NCBI GenBank assembly: GCA_963693095.2
Contig: OY843768.1
Coordinates: 992,001 to 1,056,000 of the forward strand
Direction of reading: 5' to 3'
From: Cenarchaeum sp.
Lineage (GTDB): Archaea > Thermoproteota > Nitrososphaeria > Nitrososphaerales > Nitrosopumilaceae
DNA: 64,000 bases
Made by a program: the position numbers and the translations under genes. The notes beneath the pieces are model-generated. The model worked only from the letters and a program-made list of their open reading frames with translations. It made no database searches and was not told where the DNA came from. Positions 10,160 through 20,108 of this stretch are shown piece by piece; the first letter of the stretch is position 1, and each line of letters opens with the position of its first letter.

Positions 10160-11321
10160 TGGCCTCCACCCAGTCTGCCACAACGTCGACGTCCTTGTCG
10201 CCCCTTCCGGAGAGCGTGACGATGACGGTGTCAGACTTCCTGCCCGCGCGCGCAACCTTTGCTGCCTCGGCAATCGCGTGGGCCGACTCGAGTGCCGGTA
10301 TGATGCCCTCTGTGCGCGCAAGGAGGCGGAACGCCCTGATCGCCTCAACGTCAGTCGCCGAGCGATAGTCGACGCGGCGCGTGTCCTTTAGCCATGCGTG
10401 CTCTGGCCCGACTCCCGGATAGTCAAGGCCAGCAGACACGCTGTGCGTTTCAGAGACCTGGCCCTCGGCGTCCTGCATGACATATGTCATCATGCCGTGG
10501 AGTATTCCGCGCGAGCCGGCCCTTAGTGGCGCAGAATGCTTGCCTGAACGAACTCCCCTGCCGGCAGCCTCGACGCCGACGAGCTCCACTTTCGAGTCGA
10601 CAAACTCGTGAAACGTCCCTATCGCGTTGGATCCGCCCCCGACGCACGCTATTATCGTGTCTGGCGTGCGGCCGATCGCGCGCGCCTGCGAGCGGATCTC
10701 GTGGCCTATGACTGACTGAAAGTCGCGAACGATCTCCGGATACGGGTGCGGACCGACTGCCGAGCCGAGGAGGTAGTGCGTCGTGCGCACGTTGGCAAGC
10801 CAGTCGCGTATCGCCTCGTTGATCGCATCCTTTAGCGTCTTGGAGCCGGACTCGACGGCATGCACACCGGCGCCGAGGAGGCCCATGCGCGTGACGTTCA
10901 GTCGCTGCCTGACCATGTCACGGCTGCCCATGTAGACCTCGGCATCAAGGCCAACGCACGCGCAAGCCATTGCAGTCGCGACGCCGTGCTGGCCGGCTCC
11001 CGTCTCGGCGACGATGCGCCTCTTTTTCATCCTGCGCGCAAGGAGTGCCTGCCCTATCGTGTTGTTTATCTTGTGCGCCCCGCCGTGGAGCAGGTCCTCG
11101 CGCTTTAGGTATATCTGCGCGCCGCCGACCTCCTCGCTGAGGTTCTTTGCGTGGTATAGCGGCGTCGGGCGGCCAGCATACTCGGCCAGGAGGCGCGAGA
11201 GCTCGCGCCGAAATGTCGCATCGCGCCGGCACGAGCGGTACGCCGATTCGAGCTCCTCGAGTGCGGGCACGAGCGTCTCGGGAACATACCTCCCGCCGTA
11301 CTCGCCAAACCTGCCCCTCAT
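10140..11321 (-). CDS. trpB: tryptophan synthase beta chain
   Basis: [28 protein letters not shown] (PLP Lys), [14 protein letters not shown]; ATGA overlap with trpC. Confidence 0.97.
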   Translation of the reverse strand: MRGRFGEYGGRYVPETLVPALEELESAYRSCRRDATFRRELSRLLAEYAGRPTPLYHAKNLSEEVGGAQIYLKREDLLHGGAHKINNTIGQALLARRMKKRRIVAETGAGQHGVATAMACACVGLDAEVYMGSRDMVRQRLNVTRMGLLGAGVHAVESGSKTLKDAINEAIRDWLANVRTTHYLLGSAVGPHPYPEIVRDFQSVIGHEIRSQARAIGRTPDTIIACVGGGSNAIGTFHEFVDSKVELVGVEAAGRGVRSGKHSAPLRAGSRGILHGMMTYVMQDAEGQVSETHSVSAGLDYPGVGPEHAWLKDTRRVDYRSATDVEAIRAFRLLARTEGIIPALESAHAIAEAAKVARAGRKSDTVIVTLSGRGDKDVDVVADWVEANGPASR

Positions 11322-12091
11322 ATGGCCATCACCATGCTCCTGACGGACTCGGCTATATTGGCGCTCCTCATTATCGACGTTCCGGCCAGGAACGCGTCGG
11401 CTCCGCACTCGCGCAGGCGCCTGACGTCATCCGGCCCGCCAATCCCGCTCTCCGAGACTATGGGCACGCCGCGCTCGCCGAGGCCGTCAAGAACGCGGCG
11501 CGTCGTGTCGAGATCCACCTCTAGCGTGTCGAGGTTGCGGTTGTTGACTCCGACCATGTCAGCACCCGACTCTAGGGCAGCGTCAAGCTCGGCGCGCGTG
11601 TGGGCCTCGAGGAGGACGCCCATGCCGCCGGCGTGTGCCAGGTCGACGAGCTCGTTCCTGTTTGTGGCGAGTCCATGGTCAAAGACTGCCTGTATGATAA
11701 GCACATAGTCTGCGCCCATCTGGCGCGCGGCCTCGACCTGTCGCGCATCCACGATGATATCCTTCATCAGTATCGGAATGTCAACTGTGTCCCTGACTAG
11801 TGCGAGGTTTGCCGGCGAGCCGTCAAACATGTGCGGTTGCGTGAGAACCGAGAGCGCGACTGCGCCTCCCTCGACCATGAGGCGCGCGACGTCTGCCGGA
11901 TTCGCGCCGCGCAGTATCTCGCCCTCGCTAGGCGAGGAGAACTTTACTTCTGATATGACCGGCGCGTGTGAGTGCTCGCGCACGGCGCGCACAAGGTCAA
12001 CGCCAGAGGGCTCGTGGCGCGCGACGCCATCGTACACGCCAGAGTCAATGGCACTCTGTGAGTTTCTCACGAGCTTTTCTAGCACGCTCAT
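11318..12091 (-). CDS. trpC: indole-3-glycerol phosphate synthase
   Basis: [36 protein letters not shown]. Confidence 0.96.
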   Translation of the reverse strand: MSVLEKLVRNSQSAIDSGVYDGVARHEPSGVDLVRAVREHSHAPVISEVKFSSPSEGEILRGANPADVARLMVEGGAVALSVLTQPHMFDGSPANLALVRDTVDIPILMKDIIVDARQVEAARQMGADYVLIIQAVFDHGLATNRNELVDLAHAGGMGVLLEAHTRAELDAALESGADMVGVNNRNLDTLEVDLDTTRRVLDGLGERGVPIVSESGIGGPDDVRRLRECGADAFLAGTSIMRSANIAESVRSMVMAI

Positions 12092-13140
12092 GCGCGTCGA
12101 GCCTCCTCTAGGAGCGCCGGCTTGCCGCACATTGCGACAAACTCGTCGAGCTTTTTTGATGCGCCGCCCGAGCGGATCGAGGACATTGCCATCTCTAGGC
12201 CCTCGGCAATGCCTGCGGCCCTGTCGGCTACGACGAGTGCGGCACCGGCGTTGAGTGCGGCCGTCTCCACCATTGCGCGCCGCGCCGAGCCGTCTATGGC
12301 GCCGATGACGGCCGCTAGCGCGTCACGTGCGCCCTCGACGCGCAGGTCTCCTAGCCCAGACTCGCGCAGTCCGAGCCCTGATGGCGATATGGCCACCCTT
12401 TTCACCGCACCGTTGCGCGCAATGACTGCAGTCCCGTCTGACACAGTCGAGAGCTCATCGAGGCCATTGGCAGACCGCACCGCCATGGCGCACGCCGAGC
12501 CGCGTCGCGCGAGTATCTCCGGCAGCATGTCTAGGTGCAGGGACGAGCTGACGCCCACAAGCTGGCGATTCACGCGCGCCGGATTTGCGAGCGGGCCGAG
12601 GAGGTTTAGCGCGGTTCTAGTGCCAGAGATCATCTTGCGCGCCGCCGCCGCTGCCCTCATGGCCGGATGGAACTTTGGCGCAAACATAAACCCAATGCCG
12701 CACGTCTCGATGGCCGTGGCGACTGTATCGGGGGCAGAGTCGAGATCCATGCCGAGTGAGGCGAAAATGTCCGCGCTGCCCACGCCTCCCGAGGACGACC
12801 TGTTGCCGTGCTTGGCGACAGTCGCACCGGCAGCCGCGGCGACAAAGGCCGCCGCAGTCGAGACGTTGAACGTGTGCGCGCCGTCACCGCCCGTTCCGCA
12901 CACGTCTATGGCGTCGGGCCCGGAGAGGGCCACGCCAACGCTGCGCTCCATCATCACATCGAGCATTCCCTCGAGCTCGTCGGTGGCCTCGCCCCTAGCC
13001 GCAAGCGAGGAGAGAAACCCCGCAATGTCAGCATCACGCGCATCACCGGAGAGAATCTCTCGCATTGCGCCGGCGGCCTCTGCGCGCCCCAGTGTCGAGC
13101 CGGCACTGACGCGCGCGGCCATCTCGCCTAGCGCGCTCAT
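12088..13140 (-). CDS. trpD: anthranilate phosphoribosyltransferase
   Basis: DVCGTGGDG..TFNVST, KHGNRSSSG..GSAD, LGPLANP, GLDE. Confidence 0.97.
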   Translation of the reverse strand: MSALGEMAARVSAGSTLGRAEAAGAMREILSGDARDADIAGFLSSLAARGEATDELEGMLDVMMERSVGVALSGPDAIDVCGTGGDGAHTFNVSTAAAFVAAAAGATVAKHGNRSSSGGVGSADIFASLGMDLDSAPDTVATAIETCGIGFMFAPKFHPAMRAAAAARKMISGTRTALNLLGPLANPARVNRQLVGVSSSLHLDMLPEILARRGSACAMAVRSANGLDELSTVSDGTAVIARNGAVKRVAISPSGLGLRESGLGDLRVEGARDALAAVIGAIDGSARRAMVETAALNAGAALVVADRAAGIAEGLEMAMSSIRSGGASKKLDEFVAMCGKPALLEEARRA

Positions 13141-13730
13141 TTCATGCCCTCCACGATGCGCACAAAGTTTGCTAGTATGCGCTCGCCCTCGGCAGTCATT
13201 ATCGACTCGGGGTGGAACTGGACGCCAAATATCGGCTGTGTCCTGTGCCGGACCGCCATGACCTCGCCGTCATCATCGGCGACGGCAGTCACCTCGAGTG
13301 AGTCGGGGATAGTCGTCGACTCGCCGACGAGTGAGTGGTATCTCGTTGCGCGAAACGGGCTGCCAACGCCCTCAAAGAGCGCGTCGCCGGTGTGGCTCAC
13401 TGGACTAGTCTTGCCGTGGCGCACGTTTGCCGCATTGGTCACGCGGCCGCCAAACGAGCTGATGATCCCCTGGTGGCCAAGGCACACGCCGAGGAGCGGC
13501 GTGCTTGCGCCGAGGTCATCTATGGCCTGGCGCGAGACTCCAAAGTCGCGCGCGCTCTCTGGCGTGCCCGGTCCGGGCGATATGACGATCGCGTCATACT
13601 TTCTGCGAGCAATCTCGCCTGCGTCGATCGCGTCATTCCTGATGACGTCAGTCTCGACTCCGAGCCGGCCCAGGGCCTGCGCGATATTGTAGACGAACGA
13701 GTCATAGTTGTCTATAATGAGGAACTTCAT
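13137..13730 (-). CDS. trpG: anthranilate synthase component II (glutamine amidotransferase)
   Basis: IDNYDSF, ISPGPG, GVCLGHQ, RYHSL, QFHPES. Confidence 0.97.
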   Translation of the reverse strand: MKFLIIDNYDSFVYNIAQALGRLGVETDVIRNDAIDAGEIARRKYDAIVISPGPGTPESARDFGVSRQAIDDLGASTPLLGVCLGHQGIISSFGGRVTNAANVRHGKTSPVSHTGDALFEGVGSPFRATRYHSLVGESTTIPDSLEVTAVADDDGEVMAVRHRTQPIFGVQFHPESIMTAEGERILANFVRIVEGMK

Positions 13731-15079
13731 TGCGAGGCCTCCCCGAGCGCCTCGATGAGCGCGCCGGCCTTGTGCTCGGTCTCCTGCAGCTCGCGCTCGG
13801 GAACCGAGTCATAGACGATTCCGGCGCCTGACTGCACGTATCCGCTGCCGTTGCCGAGGAACATGCTGCGTATTGCGATCGCAAAGTCACACGAGCCGTT
13901 GGACGCAAAATAGCCCACGGCGCCGGCATACCCCCCGCGCGCCCTGCGCTCGAGGGACGATATTATCTCCATCGCGCGAACCTTTGGGGCCCCCGTGACC
14001 GTGCCGGCCGGAAAGACGGCGCCAAAGGCGTCAAAAGAGTCCGAGCCAGCCGCAAGCGTGCCAGTCACGTGTGTGACCATGTGCTGCACGTGGCTAAACC
14101 TCTTGACTGACATTAGATCCTCGACCTTGACTGAGCCTGCCTTGCAGACGCGCCCAATGTCATTGCGCCCAAGGTCTACCAACATGACGTGCTCGGCGAC
14201 CTCTTTTTCATCGTGTGTCATCTCCTCGCCGAGCGCGCCATCGCGCTCGTCGTCCCCCGTGATGGGCCGCGTTCCGGCTATCGGAAATGTCTCGACGCGA
14301 TCGCCGGTAACGCGCACGAGCATCTCGGGGCTGGCCCCCATGACTGACCTCTTGCGCAGCTTCATGTGATAGAGGTATGGCGACGGGTTTAGCTCGCGCA
14401 GTCTCTCGTACACGCGCATGGGGTCACCGGAGAACTCAAAGCTAAACCTGCGCGAGAGGACGGCCTGGAATATGTCACCGTCACGCACGTGTCCACGGGC
14501 CTCCTCGACGATGCGCTCAAACTCGCCGGCCTCGGGCTCGGCGCGCACGCGCGAGTGCGAGAACGGCGCGCGCTCGGGCTCATCAAGCCCAATCTCGCCA
14601 GACCTGTCCTTGCGCGTAAAGAAATAGTACGGCCTGCCCTCGGCGCTGTCAAACAGGATGCCGTCGCTATACACGCCAAACTCCATGAGCGGCACGTCTC
14701 CCCCCTGCGCGAGTCGCCTCTCCCAGAGGCCGACGGCCTCATAGTCCACAATTCCGACGGCACCACCAAGGTAGCGGTACCTCTGCGAGCGCGTCCTGGG
14801 CAGGATTTTTCGCATCTCGGCTATTGGGTCATCAGTGCAGATGACGCGCTCGGCGCCGTCGCGCCCCTCGATGACGAGCCTGTCAGCATACCCAGTTATC
14901 GTCTCGTCGGGATCGAATCCTATTATCGACGTCTCGGCAAGCGTCTCCGGACCGGTCAGGGACTCAAAGAGGAACGCCTGCTCGCAGGAGGCAGCAACGC
15001 GCCGGTATATCTCAAACTGGGTGCCCTCCACCTCAAGGGGTCGTATCTGCGGCTCGGCCATGTCTCCAAAGGTGCCCAC
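13727..15079 (-). CDS. trpE: anthranilate synthase component I
   Basis: LFES, GDIFQAVLS, NPSPY, SPEML, PIAGT, EHVMLVDLGRND, PAGTVTGAPK; start codon uncertain (GTG 15079, ATG 15061 or 15103). Confidence 0.96.
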   Translation of the reverse strand: MGTFGDMAEPQIRPLEVEGTQFEIYRRVAASCEQAFLFESLTGPETLAETSIIGFDPDETITGYADRLVIEGRDGAERVICTDDPIAEMRKILPRTRSQRYRYLGGAVGIVDYEAVGLWERRLAQGGDVPLMEFGVYSDGILFDSAEGRPYYFFTRKDRSGEIGLDEPERAPFSHSRVRAEPEAGEFERIVEEARGHVRDGDIFQAVLSRRFSFEFSGDPMRVYERLRELNPSPYLYHMKLRKRSVMGASPEMLVRVTGDRVETFPIAGTRPITGDDERDGALGEEMTHDEKEVAEHVMLVDLGRNDIGRVCKAGSVKVEDLMSVKRFSHVQHMVTHVTGTLAAGSDSFDAFGAVFPAGTVTGAPKVRAMEIISSLERRARGGYAGAVGYFASNGSCDFAIAIRSMFLGNGSGYVQSGAGIVYDSVPERELQETEHKAGALIEALGEASQ

Positions 15080-15165
15080 CCATGCGATCCATCGCATGGT
15101 CATCGATATTTAAGGGTGGCTTGGCATCAGGCTCGCCTAGGCGTGCCAGCACCCCCTGAATGATA

Positions 15166-15184
15166 TTTATAGTACCGTACTATA
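15166..15184. promoter_or_regulatory. TATA box overlapped by a perfect 8-bp inverted repeat (candidate operator)
   Basis: TTTATAG followed by TATAGTAC-C-GTACTATA (15168-15184) in the divergent trpE / microprotein intergenic region. Confidence 0.45.
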
Positions 15185-15193
15185 CCTGCTGCC

Positions 15194-15301
15194 ATGCTCA
15201 AGTGTGAGTACTGTGAGGGCAACTTTGCGGTGAGCCAGATAGGCCTCGCCGAAAAGCTCCTTCACAAGATTGTCCAGCACCCGGACGACATAAACAGGTA
15301 G
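15194..15301 (+). CDS. 35-aa C2H2-like zinc-finger microprotein
   Basis: MLKCEYCEGNFAVSQIGLAEKLLHKIVQHPDDINR: CxxC-x3-F...H-x4-H; TATA about 25 nt upstream (leaderless geometry). Confidence 0.65.
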   Translation: MLKCEYCEGNFAVSQIGLAEKLLHKIVQHPDDINR

Positions 15302-15363
15302 CGCCGCGGCGTAGTTTTTTTACCATCTCCTTTTTTATTCCCCCCTTTTCGGAGCGTGCCACG

Positions 15364-16911
15364 ATGGCGGCAAGAACGCTCAAAAAGGCGACCCCCAAGA
15401 GGGCAGCCACGACGGCCCGAAAGGCGGCAAAGCCCAAGGCGGCGGCCAAAAAGGCGGCAGTCAAAAAGGCGGCCCCCAAGAGGGCAACTGCTGCCAAGCC
15501 CAAGGCAGCGCCCAAAAAGCCTGCCGTCAAAAAGGCAGTCGTCAAAAAGGCGCCCTCGAGGACCACGGCGGCGAGCGCACGGACACTAGAGGCCCTGGCA
15601 AAAAAGGTCACGGCCGTCTCGGAGGACACGCATGCGCTCTCTGGTGACCTCAGGTCGATGGCCAAGATATTTGGGGACAACCAAAAGATACTCGTCTCGA
15701 TGAAGGGCGTCATGGAGGAGATCGCCGACGCGCTAGACGCAATCCAAAAGCAGTCAAAGAGGATCGGCTCACTAGAGACTGACACGCAGAAGATCTTTGC
15801 GGGCATTGGCGAGATGCGAGCGCACGCGCGAATCATAGCAAAGCTCGACTCACAGTCCGCAAAGATGGAAGAGACGGTTCGCGGGATCAAGGAGCGCTCT
15901 GACTCGGCTAGTGGGCTAGACGAGATATCCAAAAAGGTCGACGAGAGTTTTGGCTCCATAAAGAACAACTCGGAGATGATAATCAGGATCGGCAGGCACA
16001 TCGACGGCATGCGAGAGGACATTGGCGGCCTCTCTACTCGCGCGTCATCAGTAGAGTCGGTTCAGGGCGATCTCGCAAAGCTAAAGACGCTCTTTGAGGA
16101 GGCACAGGCAAGCCATTCCGGTGACGCCGACCTTGCCGCCGAGCTGGGCGCAATGTCAAAAAAGGTCGCCGAGCTCTCGCAGCTTCCCTCAGATGTGGGC
16201 GCGCTCAACAGGAGGCTCGAGGAGATCTCTGGCGCCTCAGGCACGCTAGGACCCATCGTCGAGGAGCTCAAGGAGCAGGTCTCGCGTGTGACCGAGCGCG
16301 CAAGCGCAGGATCTGGGGACATCGAGTCGGTTCGCGCCGAGTTCTCCACGATGCGCGAGGAGGTCACAGGGCGTGCAGGACGCCTAGAGTCCGGCATCGC
16401 CTCAGTAACTGACGCGCTAGGGCGCTCAGAGGGCGCTGTCGCCGAGGTCCACAAAAAAGCAGACGCGCTCTTTGAGGAGGTGCGTGCCCTGCGCGGCGAG
16501 GGCCAAAAGGCGGCGGGATCGTCATCAAGCGAGATAATGGCCCTGTTGCGCCTGTCCGAGTACCAGTCCGGCGTGCGCATGGTCGCCGAGTCAAAGTACG
16601 GCGAGGTCCCTGACCTTGAGCGCATGGCCTCACAGACAGTCGACGTGCTAAACGTCTTTGACCGTCTCGCCGTGGAGACCGGCTCGGAGGTTCGCCTCCC
16701 GCACGGCGTGAGGCAGTGGGCAGTCTCAAAGATACTAGAGTGCGCCGACAGGTGGGAGATACGCTTCTCAGACGTCCTAGGAGTCCTGCGCGACAAGCTT
16801 GGCGTCGCGCTCCTAAAGGAGGCAGTCAGGATGAACCAGGTTCGCGAGATTTACGGCACGCGCGCAGTAGATGAGCTCGAGGGCATTCTCGCCGAGCACG
16901 CAGGCCCCTAG
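15364..16911 (+). CDS. long coiled-coil protein with a Lys/Ala/Pro-rich (histone H1-like) N-terminus
   Basis: KKAAPK/KPKAA repeats over about 65 aa, then heptad-rich helical sequence and a compact C-terminal domain. Confidence 0.75.
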   Translation: MAARTLKKATPKRAATTARKAAKPKAAAKKAAVKKAAPKRATAAKPKAAPKKPAVKKAVVKKAPSRTTAASARTLEALAKKVTAVSEDTHALSGDLRSMAKIFGDNQKILVSMKGVMEEIADALDAIQKQSKRIGSLETDTQKIFAGIGEMRAHARIIAKLDSQSAKMEETVRGIKERSDSASGLDEISKKVDESFGSIKNNSEMIIRIGRHIDGMREDIGGLSTRASSVESVQGDLAKLKTLFEEAQASHSGDADLAAELGAMSKKVAELSQLPSDVGALNRRLEEISGASGTLGPIVEELKEQVSRVTERASAGSGDIESVRAEFSTMREEVTGRAGRLESGIASVTDALGRSEGAVAEVHKKADALFEEVRALRGEGQKAAGSSSSEIMALLRLSEYQSGVRMVAESKYGEVPDLERMASQTVDVLNVFDRLAVETGSEVRLPHGVRQWAVSKILECADRWEIRFSDVLGVLRDKLGVALLKEAVRMNQVREIYGTRAVDELEGILAEHAGP

Positions 16912-18896
16912 GCGTCGCGCTCGAGCTGTGACTTTTTGCGCTTTAGCGCCGTAAACACGACGAGGAGTCCGGCGATCCAGACGCATGCGAGGAGAATGTT
17001 CGTGATGCTCACGTACATGTAGGGCGTCGCGTTCACAATGTTCTCGCGTATCTCTAGGGCGCTCTGCTTTATGCTCGACATGCCCGTGTGGTATGCCGCA
17101 CTTGACGTGTCAGCCGAGCCGAGCGAGTCAGCAGTCTGGCGCATCTGCGCGAGGGCCGCCTGCATGAGCGCAAAGTCCGTCTCGGCAGTAGGGAATATCC
17201 ACACGGGGTTGCCCTCCGTGGGCAGCGCGCCGGCGGCCATGCTTGCAATCTCGGAGACCTGTCCGGGTGCCGTCTCGCGCGCAATGTCGCTCAGGTACCC
17301 GCGCGAGAGGTCCAGCGGATAGACTGTCGTGCGGTATCCCTCAAAAGAGGCCACGGCGCCGACGATAATGATCGCGATGATGCCCACTAGTGCCATGGTG
17401 TAGGGTCGGTTTGCCATCCTCTCGCGTCGGCTCGCCGGTGCGGCTCTTTTAAATCTTGAATGCGCCAGGCTATAGCCGGCCACATACATGAATCCGGCCG
17501 TCTGTATGCCGATTATCGGGACAAAGACGGGCTGCGAGGAGAATATGGCCACAAAGATGCCCATGACGCCATAAAAGGCAAAGAATATCTCTAGGAGCGT
17601 CGTCTTTGTGAAGGGCAGGTTGTACTCCTTGCCACGCCACTCGTCAGCAGTGCCCTTGATCCCGTGCTTTGGCGTCCGGAGGAACTCGCTTCTCTTGCCA
17701 AATATCGCGTCCATCACTGCGACTGTGTTGGTCACTGCCATTCCCGCGCTGTAGATAAAGAGGGCCGGCAGGACGCGGGCCTTTTTTGCCCACGACTCGC
17801 CATACATGCTCTGGACGACCATGACGTAGGCTGCCGGCCCGAGCGCAAGGTACGCCGCTATCGTTATGGCCGGCAGGCCAACGGCATAGAGGTTTACGTT
17901 GGCCATGAGAAGTATTGGCAGCGCGAGGAACTGGACGAGTGTGAGCGGAAAGACGATGTGGCGCGTCAGCTGCACGAACGCCTGCAGCTTTGTGCTTAGC
18001 GCTATCCCACGCCGCGCGATGATTCCCGTGAGGAGCTTTACTGCGCACTGGATCGAGCCCTTTGCCCACCTGAACTGTTGCCTCTTTACTGCGTTCATCT
18101 GCGCTGGCAGTTCGGCATCAACTACGACGTCGGGGAGGAATATGCACCTCCAGCCGCGCATCTGCGCGCGATAGCTGAGGTCAAGGTCCTCGACTAGCGT
18201 CGCGTCATGCCATCCACCCGCATCGACGATGCACTTGCGCCGCCATATTCCGGCGGTCCCGTTAAAGTTCATGAACAGGCCAGAGTCGCTCTTTGCGCGC
18301 TGCTCGACAAGAAAGTGTATGTCGAGGCTTATGGCCTGCACGCGCGTTATCGACGAGTACCCCTCGTTCAGGTGTCCCCACCTGCACTGCACAAAGCCGA
18401 TCTCGGGGCGCGTAAACTGCGGTATTGCTCGGCGCAGGAACCACGGTGGCGGCACAAAGTCCGCATCAAATATGGCCACGAGATCCGATGTCGTGGACTT
18501 CATCGCGTGGCGGAGCGCGCCGGCCTTGTAGCCCTTTCGCGAGTCACGGCGGACGTGCTCGATGTCCGTGCCAGACTCGCGCCACGTCCTGACCATGTCT
18601 CCCACGAGGGCAGTCGTGTCATCATCCGAGTCATCAAGGACCATTATGTGCAGCCGGTCGCGCGGATAGTCGAGCCTGCAGACGGCATCTATTAGGCGCG
18701 CGGCGACATACTTTTCATTGTATATTGGCAGGTGAACCGTCACGCTAGGCTCGTCATCAGAGTCTAGCACTTCTGCGGGGCGCCGGCGGCTAGAGATTAT
18801 TGCGAGATAGTAAAAGTTCATCGTGTACGCCATGATAAGCACGGCTGACACGATAAATAGGTCAAAGACCAGCTGCGTCAGGGGATTTGAGGCCAC
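16908..18896 (-). CDS. processive GT2 glycosyltransferase (cellulose synthase-like), multi-pass membrane
   Basis: DDS, KAGAL, FDADF, EDLDL, QQFRW (QxxRW) motifs and several TM helices. Confidence 0.92.
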   Translation of the reverse strand: MASNPLTQLVFDLFIVSAVLIMAYTMNFYYLAIISSRRRPAEVLDSDDEPSVTVHLPIYNEKYVAARLIDAVCRLDYPRDRLHIMVLDDSDDDTTALVGDMVRTWRESGTDIEHVRRDSRKGYKAGALRHAMKSTTSDLVAIFDADFVPPPWFLRRAIPQFTRPEIGFVQCRWGHLNEGYSSITRVQAISLDIHFLVEQRAKSDSGLFMNFNGTAGIWRRKCIVDAGGWHDATLVEDLDLSYRAQMRGWRCIFLPDVVVDAELPAQMNAVKRQQFRWAKGSIQCAVKLLTGIIARRGIALSTKLQAFVQLTRHIVFPLTLVQFLALPILLMANVNLYAVGLPAITIAAYLALGPAAYVMVVQSMYGESWAKKARVLPALFIYSAGMAVTNTVAVMDAIFGKRSEFLRTPKHGIKGTADEWRGKEYNLPFTKTTLLEIFFAFYGVMGIFVAIFSSQPVFVPIIGIQTAGFMYVAGYSLAHSRFKRAAPASRRERMANRPYTMALVGIIAIIIVGAVASFEGYRTTVYPLDLSRGYLSDIARETAPGQVSEIASMAAGALPTEGNPVWIFPTAETDFALMQAALAQMRQTADSLGSADTSSAAYHTGMSSIKQSALEIRENIVNATPYMYVSITNILLACVWIAGLLVVFTALKRKKSQLERDA

Positions 18897-18942
18897 GTGC
18901 CGCAGGCTGCCGGTCCGCTCACTTATAATCTAGCGCACGGAA

Positions 18943-19902
18943 CTAGGACTTCATCTCGAAGATCTTTATCGCCTTTGGGGGGCAGACGCCCTCGCAAGCG
19001 AGGCAGAATATACAGTCAGGCTCCTTTGACATTAGCGGCTTTTTGCCTGACGCGGCGTTGCCCGGCGTGTCAAACCACTCGTACACGTCAACGGGGCACG
19101 CGTCAATGCACGCGCCGTCTGCAACGCATATGTCAAAGTCAACGGAGACGAACTCGCCCCAGACGCCCATGACCGCATTGTCATCGCCCTTGCGGCCCCA
19201 CGTCTTTATCGTGTGCTCACCGTCGGTCACCTTGTACGGCGAGGATGCGGGCATGTGCGACTTGTATTCAATGTCTATGGGGCCAGGCTTTGCGCCTTCA
19301 GGAACCTCGACTGCGAGCTCGGCCACTGGAGCAGGCGTGCCGTCAGCTGCTGCAGGTGCCGGAGCAACTGGCTTTGGCTTGCCGCCGGGAACAATCTTTG
19401 CGAGTGGCGTCATCTCCTCGAGCCGCAATATCGCCTCGGCCTTTGTGACCTTTTCGGACTTTGCGAGCGATTCGACCATCTTGTCGGCCACGATGGTGTT
19501 GCGCATGATCGTGTCTATGATCATCTTTGCGTAATGGTCTGCCTTTTTGCGATAGTCCGTGACCCATTGCGGGTCGCCAAACTTTTCGAGCGGAAAGACC
19601 TGGTATATGATGTCAGTCACCTCGCCGGTGACTATCTCGACTGTGACTGACAGGTCGACTGACTCGGAGTCCTCCCCGTCACGCCTCTCGGTCCACGAGT
19701 GCGTCGCATAGATGCGATCTGCATACGTGTCCATGTTGAACGTCTTTTTGAGGCCGTCGGTGATAGACTTTATCTCGCCGGGCTCGTCGATCTTTACGGG
19801 CAGGCGATAGAGGCCAAGCTTGTAGCCGTGGAGGGGATAGACGCCGCGCTTGGCAGTGGCCGCCTCCATGGTGTAAACCCTGTCCTTTAGGAGCAGTGAC
19901 AC
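18943..19902 (-). CDS. dicluster 4Fe-4S ferredoxin with an extended N-terminal domain
   Basis: CVADGACIDACP and CIFCLACEGVCP at the C-terminus, resembling archaeal zinc-containing ferredoxins. Confidence 0.85.
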   Translation of the reverse strand: MSLLLKDRVYTMEAATAKRGVYPLHGYKLGLYRLPVKIDEPGEIKSITDGLKKTFNMDTYADRIYATHSWTERRDGEDSESVDLSVTVEIVTGEVTDIIYQVFPLEKFGDPQWVTDYRKKADHYAKMIIDTIMRNTIVADKMVESLAKSEKVTKAEAILRLEEMTPLAKIVPGGKPKPVAPAPAAADGTPAPVAELAVEVPEGAKPGPIDIEYKSHMPASSPYKVTDGEHTIKTWGRKGDDNAVMGVWGEFVSVDFDICVADGACIDACPVDVYEWFDTPGNAASGKKPLMSKEPDCIFCLACEGVCPPKAIKIFEMKS

Positions 19903-20108
19903 TGGCAGGGCGCGCCTGTGGGTTTGCTTAAAAACCTTCTCGGAGGCACGCGCCGGGGGCGCCTAGATCGCAGGGAGGCGAGATGGCCGATCCTGGGGGC
20001 GCACGGAACAGGGCGTTGGCAGTGCCGGCATTGGCGGGCTTTTGGCATGTCAGGTCGCGCCCATCATCTCCGGAAAGGGCTGCAGGCCGCAACAGACGGG
20101 CAGCGGCC

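Noticed and set aside
19920-20108. C/D-box or SRP-like RNA between the ferredoxin and helicase genes
   Set aside because: Only partial box-like words and short GC stems; not distinguishable from chance.
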